Origin: Candidatus Bathyarchaeota archaeon
GTDB taxonomy: Archaea; Thermoproteota; Bathyarchaeia; Bathyarchaeales; Bathycorpusculaceae
Reading direction: 5' to 3'
Length of the DNA: 64,000 bases
Assembly: GCA_963775465.1 (NCBI GenBank)
Contig: CAVZIW010000001.1
Coordinates: 320,001 to 384,000, forward strand
Under the pieces are notes generated by a model. It had not been told where the DNA came from and searched no databases. It worked only from the letters and a program-made list of their open reading frames with translations. This document shows, piece after piece, positions 12,308-23,102 of this stretch. The stretch's first letter is position 1. The number at the start of each line of letters is the position of its first letter. A program made the translations under genes and the position numbers.

Positions 12308-13456
12308 TCAGGCATTATTCGAAGCAAATTTTATTGCTTGCTCGAAGCCCATTAGCATGTTTTCGTATTTGAAGCTCTCTTGTATGATCTTGAAAGATTC
12401 TTGACCCATGGTTTGGCGTTTACGAGCATCGGCAAGCACCAATCTAATTGCATTAGACAAAGCATCAGGATCTTTGTCAGGCACTATGTAGCCATTCTTT
12501 CCATTTTGAATCAGGTCGTATGCTGATCCAACAGCTCTGGTAGCAACAACTGGTTTGCTTACCGACATAGATTCATTAACTGCAAACCCCCAAACTTCGT
12601 ATTCATCACCCAAGAAGATTGAGGGAACAACAGTTACATCAGCTATCAAGAAATAGGCAGCTTTCTCCGGATTAACTTTTGTGCCTGCAAAGTGTACTTT
12701 GTCACGACCAAAAACTCGATAAATTTTTTCTAATTCCTCAATACCATACTTATTTCCGGTACCATAGATGCCTCCAACAACTATGAGAATCGTTTTAGGA
12801 TTAGACTCTTGAAGGTTTGAAAACGCTTTAAGCAGATACTCGAAACCTTTAACTCTTACCAATCTGCCACAATACAAAATGACTTGCTTATTTTCTAAGG
12901 ACAATTCTTTTCTCAATGCATCAGCTCTATGTTTGACCACATTATTTTGCGGCAACACACTAACATTTGGTGCTATGAAAATTTTGTTTTCTATTGAAGG
13001 ATTAATTGAAACATAGAACTCCTTAGATCGTGACCCCGGGACAATGATGGCATCTGAACTTTTCAAAATTCTTGATAGAAACGGCCAAATTAAGTGCCTC
13101 CATTTTGTTCGAGGCCAAAACCAATTTTCATCATAAAAAATAAAGGGTTTCCGAAGCAATTTAGAGACGAAGAATGTAATGTATGTATTTAATTGACCTA
13201 CTGCTCCAGCTACAAAAAAATTGTATTTGCCCTTAATAAGGTGGATGAGAAGCGTTGGCGAAAAACTGTATTTGCTTGTTATTTTGACGCTAGAAAGAAT
13301 CTGGAATGAGACTATAGACTTGTTCTTGTTTATTGATGAGTCAAACCATTCGAAGAAAAAACGCGTGTTATATTTTGAAGATAGCTTGTCAAAAAGCGGA
13401 GTACGGTATTCAATATAGGCGTTGTGAACAAACGCTATCTTTAGATTTGAATTGAT
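12308..13456 (-). CDS. Glycosyltransferase family 4 (extended N-terminus, no canonical start codon)
   Basis: EVWGFAVNESM, GRLVRVKG. The frame is open 99 codons upstream of TTG 13159 (LKIAFVHNAYIEYRTPLFDKL..) up to TGA 13466-13468. GAGGG precedes ATC 13456. Confidence 0.85.
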   Translation of the reverse strand: MNSNLKIAFVHNAYIEYRTPLFDKLSSKYNTRFFFEWFDSSINKNKSIVSFQILSSVKITSKYSFSPTLLIHLIKGKYNFFVAGAVGQLNTYITFFVSKLLRKPFIFYDENWFWPRTKWRHLIWPFLSRILKSSDAIIVPGSRSKEFYVSINPSIENKIFIAPNVSVLPQNNVVKHRADALRKELSLENKQVILYCGRLVRVKGFEYLLKAFSNLQESNPKTILIVVGGIYGTGNKYGIEELEKIYRVFGRDKVHFAGTKVNPEKAAYFLIADVTVVPSIFLGDEYEVWGFAVNESMSVSKPVVATRAVGSAYDLIQNGKNGYIVPDKDPDALSNAIRLVLADARKRQTMGQESFKIIQESFKYENMLMGFEQAIKFASNNA

Positions 13457-13623
13457 ATTTTTCCCTCAGAGGATTGATTAATTAATGGACCAAACCTAAA
13501 TTTTGGGCTCTATAGTAACCAGTTTTTTATAATTCAAGCTTCATGGGTCGATTCATCTTTTTAATTTCAATAAGTCCTAATCAAATTAAAAACTTTTTTT
13601 AGTCTCGGGATAACTTTCATGAT

Positions 13624-14808
13624 TTAGTTTTTTTTTAAACGTGCAATACTTTCATAGACGCTTTCAATTTTTTTTCCGATAACCTGCCAACTATAATTAT
13701 CCATCACAAATTTTTTTCCTTTTTCTCCTAGTTCATTAGATAAATTTGAGTCGTTAAGAAGGTTCTCAAGAGCGGACTTAAGTTGAGTTACATTTCCATA
13801 TTTAACAATTAATCCAAATCCTCCTTTGCGTACAAAATCCATTGCTGGGATATCGGAAACCACAATAGGTCTACTAGCCATCGCTGCTTCGAGCGGAACT
13901 AAAGGGAAACCTTCTTGGGCACTAACATAAACAACAACTGTGCATGCATTGTAAGCGGCTGCGACTTTTTGACGGTCCAATGACCCGGTAAATAGCACTT
14001 TAGATTTTAAGTCAAACTCTTCAATCATTTTGCGCAGAACGACTAAAAAACCATCATCTGGACCTGCCAAAACTAGCTTGACATCATTCCTATCTTTGGC
14101 AAGAAGAGCAAATGCTTTCAAGAGGATGTCCACACCTTTGTCCTTATTTATTCTACCTATGTATAGGACAATTTTTTCCTCCTCTATGCCGAATAATTCT
14201 TTGAAGGACTTAATTGGATGAGAATGGTGAAATTCTTCAAAAGAAACGCCATTGGGTATAACTGCAATTTTATCTTTTTTTACCCCTCCATGCATGTATT
14301 GACTTTGCTCAAAATCTGTTAAAGCTATCAGTTTACTTGCATCTCTAATCATTCTTTTCCCAACGTTAACTTCATAAGACTTTCTTAACAGCAACTGAGC
14401 CAAGGACTGGCGATTGTAAAATAGCTCGCCATGGCATGATAAAACATATGGAATATGCTTAGTGTTAAAACAATGAAATGAAAGATTCTGAAAAGTTCTA
14501 TACTCATGAAGATGAACTACATCAAATTTATACAGGTTCTCGTTTAAAGCTTTAATTATACTAGGACTTACAAAAAAATCTTGATAAAATCTTGCTATGT
14601 TACGAAAATAGAAAACTTCAATTCCGTCTATCCAACGATGTGTTTCCTTAATACGTATGTTTGAGCTTATATCTAATACGTCCGTCGCATATACTGTAAC
14701 TTTATGCCCTCTGTTTACTAGGTACTTTGATAAATTGTAAGTGCATTGAACTGGCCCCCCAAAGCTTACAGCCGGATAGAAGTATTTAGTAATTTGAAGG
14801 ATATTCAT
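13624..14808 (-). CDS. Glycosyltransferase family 4
   Basis: FGGP, IPNGV, GRINKDKG, EGFPLVPLEAA. Confidence 0.93.
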   Translation of the reverse strand: MNILQITKYFYPAVSFGGPVQCTYNLSKYLVNRGHKVTVYATDVLDISSNIRIKETHRWIDGIEVFYFRNIARFYQDFFVSPSIIKALNENLYKFDVVHLHEYRTFQNLSFHCFNTKHIPYVLSCHGELFYNRQSLAQLLLRKSYEVNVGKRMIRDASKLIALTDFEQSQYMHGGVKKDKIAVIPNGVSFEEFHHSHPIKSFKELFGIEEEKIVLYIGRINKDKGVDILLKAFALLAKDRNDVKLVLAGPDDGFLVVLRKMIEEFDLKSKVLFTGSLDRQKVAAAYNACTVVVYVSAQEGFPLVPLEAAMASRPIVVSDIPAMDFVRKGGFGLIVKYGNVTQLKSALENLLNDSNLSNELGEKGKKFVMDNYSWQVIGKKIESVYESIARLKKN

Positions 14809-14897
14809 AGGATTACCTTGTTTCTAATTTACTTGCTGCATTTTCTTGTCCACGTTAAGACCAATGGAAAATATGTAATAACGAAATTATGGTAAGT

Positions 14898-15512
14898 TTA
14901 GCTAGGTTCATTCAACACTTTGAAGCCCATGTAAATAGAGGCAGAAGAAACCCCGTTTCTGGAATCCCATTCAAAGGAGTATTGTCCATTACTGCTTTGA
15001 ACCCATAGTTCAAAGATTATTGTAAACGTAGAGTTCGAATCTGAAATTTGAACCTCAAACAGGTTATTATTAATCATTATGCCATCAATAATAGTCGAGT
15101 TGTTTTGTCTTTCTGCTTTAACAATATTCCAAAAGAAAGGAATAAGCACAGTTTCATTCGCCGAAAGGGAGACAGGAAAGTCTTCAAGAGCGGTAACATT
15201 GCTTGGTTGGTGTGTTTGGTCGTCAGGCAATTTCATAGAGGAGTTAAGAAGTTTTGACTTAATACTCACATTTTGTGTGGTACCCATATGATTGTAGACG
15301 TAAATAAACCAAGTATTTAGCGCACCAACTTCTGCGATTGAGTTTTCATTTGAAAAATACGCGTCAGCCGTTTTGTTTTTACCGAGTAAACCTAACTCGA
15401 AAAACCATTCTTCTTGTTTAGGCCAAATACTGCCTATAATAGCCACAACAAGTATGAGTATACAGATTAAACCTGCAATGACCAGAACGGTCTTGTGTGA
15501 TTGAAGTTTCAA
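14898..15512 (-). CDS. DUF1616-like membrane-anchored protein
   Basis: N-terminal TM, ELGLLGKNKTADAY and VYNHMG pattern typical of archaeal glycan-locus proteins. Confidence 0.6.
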   Translation of the reverse strand: MKLQSHKTVLVIAGLICILILVVAIIGSIWPKQEEWFFELGLLGKNKTADAYFSNENSIAEVGALNTWFIYVYNHMGTTQNVSIKSKLLNSSMKLPDDQTHQPSNVTALEDFPVSLSANETVLIPFFWNIVKAERQNNSTIIDGIMINNNLFEVQISDSNSTFTIIFELWVQSSNGQYSFEWDSRNGVSSASIYMGFKVLNEPS

Positions 15513-15618
15513 TAAATCACCAAACTAAACAATTAATGAACAATATAACCCATAGAAAACGTAAAAATCATTTTTGTTCGAAGCGCGCAAAGCATTTTTT
15601 CTAACACAAAACGTTTGT

Positions 15619-16771
15619 TTATCGTCTTGTTGACTTGACAGTGTCAATCTGATCATGCTTTGTTTTAGTAAATGCTATCTCAAACAATGCCTTGAGAAGG
15701 CTAACTTCGAGATCCACAAACGTTGAAAGGAGATTTCTCGAAATCCCAAAGGTAAGCAAAGCAGCTACTCCAATTGGAACCCAAATAAACATCGAAAAAA
15801 AGGGATCAAAAAGAGTCAAGACAACTAGTAGAGATCAATCCCGCTAATATAGCAATGGGGGTTACTAATAGCATACCAAAGTTCGCGGGCATAGTAAGCA
15901 AACCAAATTTACCATATCTATTTCGAAAAGCCATTCCCTTAAATTGAAACAAGATCTTAATCCAGTTAGCTGCTCTAATTGTCTTCTGCTTAATTCTTTC
16001 ATCGCGAGTCTCAGGTGCATATTCATAGAATTTAGCATCAGAGTCAAATATCGTCTTGTAACCTTTTTGCCTAATGAATAAAGCTGTCGCCGTATCAAAC
16101 GTGGCACTGCAACCCTCAAAATCAGAAATTAGACTCTTTCTAGCTGCTGAGGCTTCGCCCTTGAAATAGAACGTGGAGTCCATGTTAGTTTCAGCTTTTC
16201 TAACAAAATCGAGAAATTTCATATACAAAACTTCAGAACTCCCGACCGCCTCATTATCGTTTAAGATTACATCTTTTCCTGTAACAGCACCAACTTTAGG
16301 GTCGCGAAAATGTTTGACAAGATTGCCTATAGTATCGGCGTCGTGAAATGAACCAGCATCGCTAAGGACTATTATTTCTCCGATGGAGGCCTTAACACCC
16401 GCAAGCATGGAAGGACTGTAACCCATGCGTTCTCCAAAACTAATCAAACGAATGTTGGGATTTTTCTCAATATAATCTCGAATAATGTCGGGGGTGGAAT
16501 CATTCGAGTCATCAACGAAGATTATTTCCAGTTTATCTTTAGGATATTTGGTTGCAAGTAAGTTTTCGATCTTCTTGTGCATTATCGACGATTCATTGTG
16601 AGTTGGAGTCACCACAGAAACCATTGGTTCAAACGTATCTGCATTGTAGCTGTCTCCGTTTAATCTTCGATTGTGCCTATAATAAAAAAGAATTAAGCCG
16701 TAAGTACCGAAAACAAAGAATGGAATAGCAAAGCAAGCTATCACAAGATACTGTAGTAGCTGAACAATCAT
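15619..16771 (-). CDS. Membrane GT2 glycosyltransferase split by +1 frameshift
   Basis: PTHNE, KIENL, VDD, LSDA. ORFs 15806-16771 and 15619-15819 join if the T at 15829 is removed (..GLISLVVLTLFDPFF..). Confidence 0.85.
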
Positions 16772-16930
16772 TCTTACATCTCCATAGATATCAATAATAA
16801 ATGCATTTTTATGAGTGAATCAGATTTTTGGATGAAGAGATAGAAAAAGAACCAGCCTAACTAAAAATTGATGCATCCTGGTCTGGTTATCTCTTCTATC
16901 AGTTTAAGTGAAAGAGAGTTCAAACGAGCA

Positions 16931-17836
16931 CTAGTCTCTGAACTTTTCTCTAAGAAAATTGAATGTCTCGTAAGCATGTTGCTCCTTGGATACTCCTACA
17001 ACGACTCCTTTAATGTTTGAAAGGCTCTTAGAATATTGTGCAGCTTCAGGCAACTTCAGGTATCCAGATGCAAGTATACTCATTGCAATTACATTAGACT
17101 CGGGAACTCTGGTTAAAGCGGCTTCGCAAATTTCCTTTGAAGGGTTCATCTGAAAACCAGCGGCATTAAAGGCTGAGGTAATGACTATTTTTTTGAAGTC
17201 AATACCCCACTCTTGGAATTTATCAACTAAATAGGCAAAATTACGTGTTTCAAATCCAGGTTTTATCCCGAGGTCTGACACATATTTTATGTAGGATTTT
17301 GCAAGCCAATCCAAGTTGAGGGCTATAATCATTTCAGTAACTACTTCATGAAGCATAATAGACTCCAAAGAAAAAGACTTACCGATAGCAGACCTAATCC
17401 TTGATACCTCATAAAGTAAATAGGCTTTAAGGATGTCTTTGGGATCCATCGTTATAATGCATTTTAGACCAGCTCCAACAGCTCTTAAATTAGCTGAGAA
17501 AATTACTTGTTTAGCGACCTTTCTAGCTAATCCAACAGTGCCCAAATGAGTTGCTAGTCTAACGTATTCGTAGGCATAGGGTACGATAGCATATAGTAGA
17601 GGAGAATTATTATCCATATTCTTACGGAGGGTCCGCAATATTGAAAGAGTGGTCTCGCTCACTGAGAACATAAAACCATCTGCCCCATTCTCAAGCGAAA
17701 CCTGGACTAATTTAGCAGCAAAATCAGGCATGTTTATCTCGCTCCCCCGTGCTCGTGCCCTGTCCTCAGAGAGATGGCTAATCCCATGGAAGGGGTTGTC
17801 ACCAACTAGCAAAAGTTTCTTTCCTGATCCAGACAA
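16931..17836 (-). CDS. Hypothetical protein (possible aldo-keto-reductase-like barrel) of glycan locus
   Basis: GDNPFHGISH, GFQMNPS, IAMSILASG, VVVGVSK. Coupled to the Gfo/Idh/MocA gene. Confidence 0.65.
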   Translation of the reverse strand: MSGSGKKLLLVGDNPFHGISHLSEDRARARGSEINMPDFAAKLVQVSLENGADGFMFSVSETTLSILRTLRKNMDNNSPLLYAIVPYAYEYVRLATHLGTVGLARKVAKQVIFSANLRAVGAGLKCIITMDPKDILKAYLLYEVSRIRSAIGKSFSLESIMLHEVVTEMIIALNLDWLAKSYIKYVSDLGIKPGFETRNFAYLVDKFQEWGIDFKKIVITSAFNAAGFQMNPSKEICEAALTRVPESNVIAMSILASGYLKLPEAAQYSKSLSNIKGVVVGVSKEQHAYETFNFLREKFRD

Positions 17837-17840
17837 TTTC

Positions 17841-18815
17841 TTATGCCTCTTTCTTAACCTTATCTATTATATAATCAACCTTAGACGCAGTCCTAAAACT
17901 CGGCTCTGCTGAATCACCATTTAATATCGATTTTATGAAGTGCTCATCTTCGCGATAGTACTCTGGATCGCCTAGCAGAAAAGGAACGTTATCATTTAAA
18001 GCAGGTCGATACAAAATTAAGGGTTTCTTTCCAGAAGACTCCACAATGACGTTAGAATCGTTAACTGTCAAAGTTCCCTTGTCTCCATGAACAGTTAACG
18101 CAAAATTTGGCAAACGATAATTCTCCTTACACCATGAAACATCAAACTCTCCAGTTAAGTTTGACCCTCTTACCTTGAAGGTGACTTCATCCTCAGAATT
18201 ATTCATTGATGATTTTATAACTGCGTCCTCTACCTTAAAATCCCCGAAAAACCACAGGGCCAAGTCTATAATGTGAGACCCTAAATCACTTAGCACCCCG
18301 CCTCTGGAAAGACCTTGCGAAGCTTGGTTAATATTAGCAAAGTCCGATGAATATGCAGACCCTCTAAAAGAATCTAACTCACCCAAAATGTTCTCTTCCA
18401 AGAGACTTTTCGCTTTTGAAAAGGTTACGCTAAACCGCTTCATGTAGCCAACCATGTTAACACCGCGATTCTTTTCAGATAAGGCACATAATTGGTCCGC
18501 GTTGTTCCAACTTGATGCCAAAGTTTTCTCTACAAAAACGTTAGAAACTGAAATCTTTGAATATAAATCATTAACAATTGGGAAATGCGCAGGAATGGGA
18601 GCCGTGACGTAGGCACAATCTAAAGATAAATTTTGCAGCTTCTCCAAATCATCTACAACTACAGAACGTTTAAACAATTTCTTAGCAATTCTACGAAGCA
18701 CGAAACTTTTGTCGCATAAAGCCACAACCTCAACGTTAGGAATTATACCAAGAATACTTGAATGAAGCAGACCCATCTTACCTAAGCCCACTATAGCTAC
18801 CTTAAGCTTGCTCAT
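17841..18815 (-). CDS. Gfo/Idh/MocA family oxidoreductase
   Basis: VGLGKMG, VFVEK, VGYMKRF, GGVLSDLGSH. Confidence 0.93.
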   Translation of the reverse strand: MSKLKVAIVGLGKMGLLHSSILGIIPNVEVVALCDKSFVLRRIAKKLFKRSVVVDDLEKLQNLSLDCAYVTAPIPAHFPIVNDLYSKISVSNVFVEKTLASSWNNADQLCALSEKNRGVNMVGYMKRFSVTFSKAKSLLEENILGELDSFRGSAYSSDFANINQASQGLSRGGVLSDLGSHIIDLALWFFGDFKVEDAVIKSSMNNSEDEVTFKVRGSNLTGEFDVSWCKENYRLPNFALTVHGDKGTLTVNDSNVIVESSGKKPLILYRPALNDNVPFLLGDPEYYREDEHFIKSILNGDSAEPSFRTASKVDYIIDKVKKEA

Positions 18816-19481
18816 ATTTTATAATCTCCAATATGCCTTACTTAACATTTAGTATTTCTATACACATGCGGAGTAAAAATGTCAATATATTATACAAATT
18901 TTTCTCATGAAAAATTGCTGGTCTGAAAGATCGATGTAAAGATACAAGCAGTTTATTATCAATCATGTTTTGCATTCCGAATCAAAATGAAAGATTAACC
19001 AAATTTTCAATAGCTAATCCCTCTTTGACAAGAGCGGATAGGAAATTCTAGTGTAAACATATGAAATAACGACTCTTATAACGAGCAGTTCTATTTAACA
19101 ATTATTAACCATAGTTTAACATGCAGAATCAAATTTCTGCATCCATAACAAAATAGAAATCTGTTTATGGCTTTTCTATCTCGTTAGAAATATCTAAAAA
19201 CACCATTTAGAAAACTATTAGGTTATCGATGAGGTCTAACGAGTTAAAAAAGTTCGACAATATTTGCTTAAAAAATCCCGGCTTTGAGATAATATTTGTA
19301 AATATTACAGTAAATAAACAAATCAATATTAGGTGAACCTTATCTATTTTTTCACAATTTATAGCTGAGCAAAATCAACAAGCACATATTTTGATTAACT
19401 TATTCTTTAGAGACATTTAACATTCTTAAATAGAAAAAAAGGATTATTTTTTCAAATAATCATGTTCGATTATAGTGTATG

Positions 19482-20459
19482 TTATTCTTTGGTGGACCAG
19501 TTATTCCATACAGTCCATTCTGAAGAAGCCGTAGAGGCAAACCAGAAAATGTCTATTCCAGCTAAATTCGCAGTTGATGAAGAAACCAATTGTGTATCAA
19601 CCCACTGCATAGACGTTTTTATTGTTGGACTGTACCAAGAACAAGGCGTATAGGAAGGTAAGGCTAAGCCAACAGTTGAAGTAGCGTGAGTTAAGATTTT
19701 GTCCATGGTCGTTTTAAAGATTAATTCATAGTTTCCCCATAGGTCATAGAGCATAGGTTGAATTCGGTCCACATGAATCGATGCTATTTGGGTAGGGCTC
19801 ATTTCTTGCAACCAGTAAGCTATAACAGCTGTAAAATATTCTTTACCGATAGCATTTAGGGCTTTTGTAGCTTCATTGAAGTATGTTATTAAAGTAGGAT
19901 ATGGATGCCATATTTCTATGTCGTCTGCAATGCCGTCAAAACCATATGTTTTAACAACATTAACTAAGTTATTTATTGCAGTTGCACGTTGCCCAGATGT
20001 CGTTAAAGGTACATTTCCGCCTTCATCTATAATCCAAGCATAAATTTTTAGCCCTGCCGCATGAGCATTCGCAACAGAAGCATAAAACATGCTGGGTGTT
20101 TGACCATGAGAACTTAAGTCTATTGAACCGTCAGAGCGCCAATCTCCAACTTGGAGATAAATATTCTTAACATTATTTGCAGCAAACAAAGCACAATTTG
20201 AACGTGTTGGATCACCTGGTTGAGTCCAAATACCGTTAACCATTTGGTTCATTTCTCCTGAATTGGAGCTGAAGGTTTGCATAGCAGTGGGTGATGGAGT
20301 CGGAGTTGGCGATGGAGTAGCAGTATATGAATGATAGCGCCAATAACTTCGAGCTTGAACTGTATCTATCCCTGAAGACAAACTAAGAAAAGTAGAAGAC
20401 AACAGAATAGCAGAGATTAGTAGAGCTATTAAGACTACACTTTTTTGATTCACTGACAA
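19482..20459 (-). CDS. Secreted GH18-like TIM-barrel protein
   Basis: Signal peptide, PT linker, AHAAGLKI, YGFDGIADDIE, PMLYD. Confidence 0.7.
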   Translation of the reverse strand: MSVNQKSVVLIALLISAILLSSTFLSLSSGIDTVQARSYWRYHSYTATPSPTPTPSPTAMQTFSSNSGEMNQMVNGIWTQPGDPTRSNCALFAANNVKNIYLQVGDWRSDGSIDLSSHGQTPSMFYASVANAHAAGLKIYAWIIDEGGNVPLTTSGQRATAINNLVNVVKTYGFDGIADDIEIWHPYPTLITYFNEATKALNAIGKEYFTAVIAYWLQEMSPTQIASIHVDRIQPMLYDLWGNYELIFKTTMDKILTHATSTVGLALPSYTPCSWYSPTIKTSMQWVDTQLVSSSTANLAGIDIFWFASTASSEWTVWNNWSTKE

Positions 20460-21006
20460 TACCCTCTACTGCTAGTGAATGTTCTTTTTAGGCAAACTTT
20501 TGAATTCATAGAGTCTATTCGAGGATTCTTGCTGGGATATTTTATTTAAGTTGTGGGTTTTCATTTTTTCATTCTCTCTCTTCCTGATTTTTGCCTCTTA
20601 GAGGTTACATAGAATTTATGTTTTTTTGCGAAATCCAATAACGTTGTTTGCAAATTCCAATCAGAGTTGCCGAGAAGAATCATGTTTTAGAAAGACAGGG
20701 TAAGCTTGCTAAGCTCGTGATAGCATGGTGCAATTTGATTCTATTATTTTAATACCGTTATTGAAGCGACTTTGATAGCAAATAATTCCGGTTATTATTG
20801 TGAATCTGGGTGCATTTTTTGGCAGAAAACACGAATAGAAGCTTGAACCACCTCTCTAAGGATTGAAATTTAGTTTCTTCAATGAATTCAAAAAGCAAAG
20901 TTTGCTTGAAACATAAGGTCGCTTTAACTGGAAATCATTCAACCAAGTTCCGTTGAACCGCACAAATAAAGATCAAAAGCCACATCCACTTAAAACTTGC
21001 GACGGC

Positions 21007-22989
21007 TTAAAAATAGACATTAGTTTTTTTCGAAGTTTTTCTTTTCCTTAGTACAAATATGCCTACTGTACCACCGATTAACACAACTCCAAGAACTACT
21101 ACTTCCAAAACTAGAGTATTAGCATTAAGAATAGGAACATTAGTAGGAGAAGGAGACAACGAAGGAGGAGTGGGTGAAGGGGAAAAAGACGGAGCAACAG
21201 TTGGTTGAAGCGTTGGAGTGGTTGTTGGAGTAACTGTAGGTCTATGAGTGGGGGTTGGGGTCGGTTTAGGAGTGGCAGTGGGAACTGGTGACCAGTTTGC
21301 AATAGCTGTTTTGGGGCCATCCATAACAATAATGTTTGAAGTTGAAGAGCTGCCAGAAGCGCCGCCGCTCCATCCACTAAACGTGTATTGAGCGCCACCA
21401 CTTCCAGTTGCAATTGTAGAACTGAGTGTAGCGTAGGCGGAGCCACCAGCATCATACCAGCCTTCTCCACCAGTATCTCCGTAAGGGGAAGATACTGTCA
21501 AGTAGAACTGATGAGTCCATGAAGCAGTCTCAGTAACAGGACCATTCATAACAACTAAATTCGTGTTGTTATCCACGCCAGTGTAACTTCCTGAGCCTGA
21601 ACCAGCCCACCCGTTCCAAACATAACGCTCACCAGCGCCAACACCCGAAGAAACTGCATAAATATTTACAGATGTCCCTGCATCATACCAGTTGCCAGAC
21701 GCTGGACTAAGAGAGCCAAAGTTGGTATTCATAGTCAACTGAAACTGAGTTAAATAGTTACCAGTTACCGTGGTGAAACCGGAAACCACAATTGGAGAAG
21801 TTAAACCAGTAATGCTGTTAAGTCGATAGTGTTTGCCAGTCATACCACTTGTGACAGAATCAACATAAGAATATGTGACAATAGCACCATTGTCAACCCA
21901 AATAGAGCCTCCTGATATACCAATAGGACTAATGGCACCAGAATATGAACCATTACTAACGTTGAAGCTCGCTAGGTTTCCAGTCGAATCAGCACCAAGA
22001 CCAGAACTTGTAAAGAATAACAAATATTGATGAGCCCATGAAGCAGTTTCATTAATAGGACCATTCATAACAACTAAATTCGTGTTGTTATCCAGCCCAG
22101 TATAGCTTCCCAAGCCGCTGCCAGTCCAACCAAGCCAGACATAGCGGTCATTAGAGCCATTAGTTGGAGAGAAAGAAGCAATAGTCACTATGGATCCTGC
22201 AGGGTACCAATACTCACCCACTGTGGGGATCGTGGTTCCAAAGTTAGTTGTAACAGTTAACTTATAGCCCAAGATTTTAATCAAAGCATTATACCACACA
22301 TCAGCCATCTTTTCATATCCTTCAGCAGTTGGGTGTATGCCTGGGTACATGCCATCCTGAACCAAATCATCAGGGTAATTCAAAGCATGTTCCATATCCA
22401 CGATAGTGATATTATCACCGCTTGCTGTGCGGTTCGAAGCCATCGCTTCAAGCGCATCATCAAACTCTATTGTCTTAGTATTCAAACTCACATTGTCTGA
22501 ACGCAGGATAATGCGCGCAAGAAAAACTGTAACCGACTCACCAGAAACAGATTCCCAGAGATCAATATTGTCAAGTATGCCTTTAATTTCAGAGATTATT
22601 CCAGCGACATCTTGACCACTCGAGATATCGTTGGTTCCTATATGAAGTAACACAACATCAGCTGGATTGTTAATAAGCCAATCATACACTCCATCTCTAA
22701 TGTTACTAGCATTGTATCCGATGTGCCCCTCATGATTAGGGTCAAAACCCGTACCATTAGATTGTGAGCCGACAAAATCTACACTAAAACCGGAGTTATT
22801 CAAATCCAGATAAAGATCTTTTCTATAACCATCCAAACCTGGATACCCTAAAGTTATCGAGTCCCCCAAAGGCATTATCTTATGAGTCGTTGTCTGAGCT
22901 TTTACTACAAACTCAGAATCGTTTGCTGTTGCTGCAAATGTCATTCCTATGACAAGAGTTAGCAATAAGATAACCAAGAGCTTTCTCAT
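21007..22989 (-). CDS. Membrane-anchored SGNH/GDSL esterase with repeated beta domains and PT stalk
   Basis: PLGDSIT, HEGHIG, IGTND, GIHP (SGNH blocks), repeats, PT linker, C-terminal TM plus RKRK. Confidence 0.88.
   Translation of the reverse strand: MRKLLVILLLTLVIGMTFAATANDSEFVVKAQTTTHKIMPLGDSITLGYPGLDGYRKDLYLDLNNSGFSVDFVGSQSNGTGFDPNHEGHIGYNASNIRDGVYDWLINNPADVVLLHIGTNDISSGQDVAGIISEIKGILDNIDLWESVSGESVTVFLARIILRSDNVSLNTKTIEFDDALEAMASNRTASGDNITIVDMEHALNYPDDLVQDGMYPGIHPTAEGYEKMADVWYNALIKILGYKLTVTTNFGTTIPTVGEYWYPAGSIVTIASFSPTNGSNDRYVWLGWTGSGLGSYTGLDNNTNLVVMNGPINETASWAHQYLLFFTSSGLGADSTGNLASFNVSNGSYSGAISPIGISGGSIWVDNGAIVTYSYVDSVTSGMTGKHYRLNSITGLTSPIVVSGFTTVTGNYLTQFQLTMNTNFGSLSPASGNWYDAGTSVNIYAVSSGVGAGERYVWNGWAGSGSGSYTGVDNNTNLVVMNGPVTETASWTHQFYLTVSSPYGDTGGEGWYDAGGSAYATLSSTIATGSGGAQYTFSGWSGGASGSSSTSNIIVMDGPKTAIANWSPVPTATPKPTPTPTHRPTVTPTTTPTLQPTVAPSFSPSPTPPSLSPSPTNVPILNANTLVLEVVVLGVVLIGGTVGIFVLRKRKTSKKTNVYF
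21538..22094. repeat. Intragenic direct repeat (domain duplication)
   Basis: Identical 38-mer at 21538-21575 and 22057-22094 (offset 519 bp), inside similar RYVW.GW.GSG.GSYTG.DNNTNLVVMNGP..ETASW.HQ modules. Confidence 0.9.
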
Positions 22990-23102
22990 AATATTAACAC
23001 CGTTTGCCGAGGGTGCGATTGCCAATTATAAATTCTAACATAGCCAAAATTGCATTTATCCACTTTGTAATTAAAATACTCTTTTGGTCGAAAAGCATCT
23101 TT

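Noticed and set aside
15619-15819. Separate 66-aa membrane gene
   Set aside because: It is the frameshifted C-terminus of the GT2 at 15806-16771.
19290-19307. TAATATTT-GT-AAATATTA palindrome
   Set aside because: Arms are A/T only in very AT-rich DNA, so it is expected by chance.
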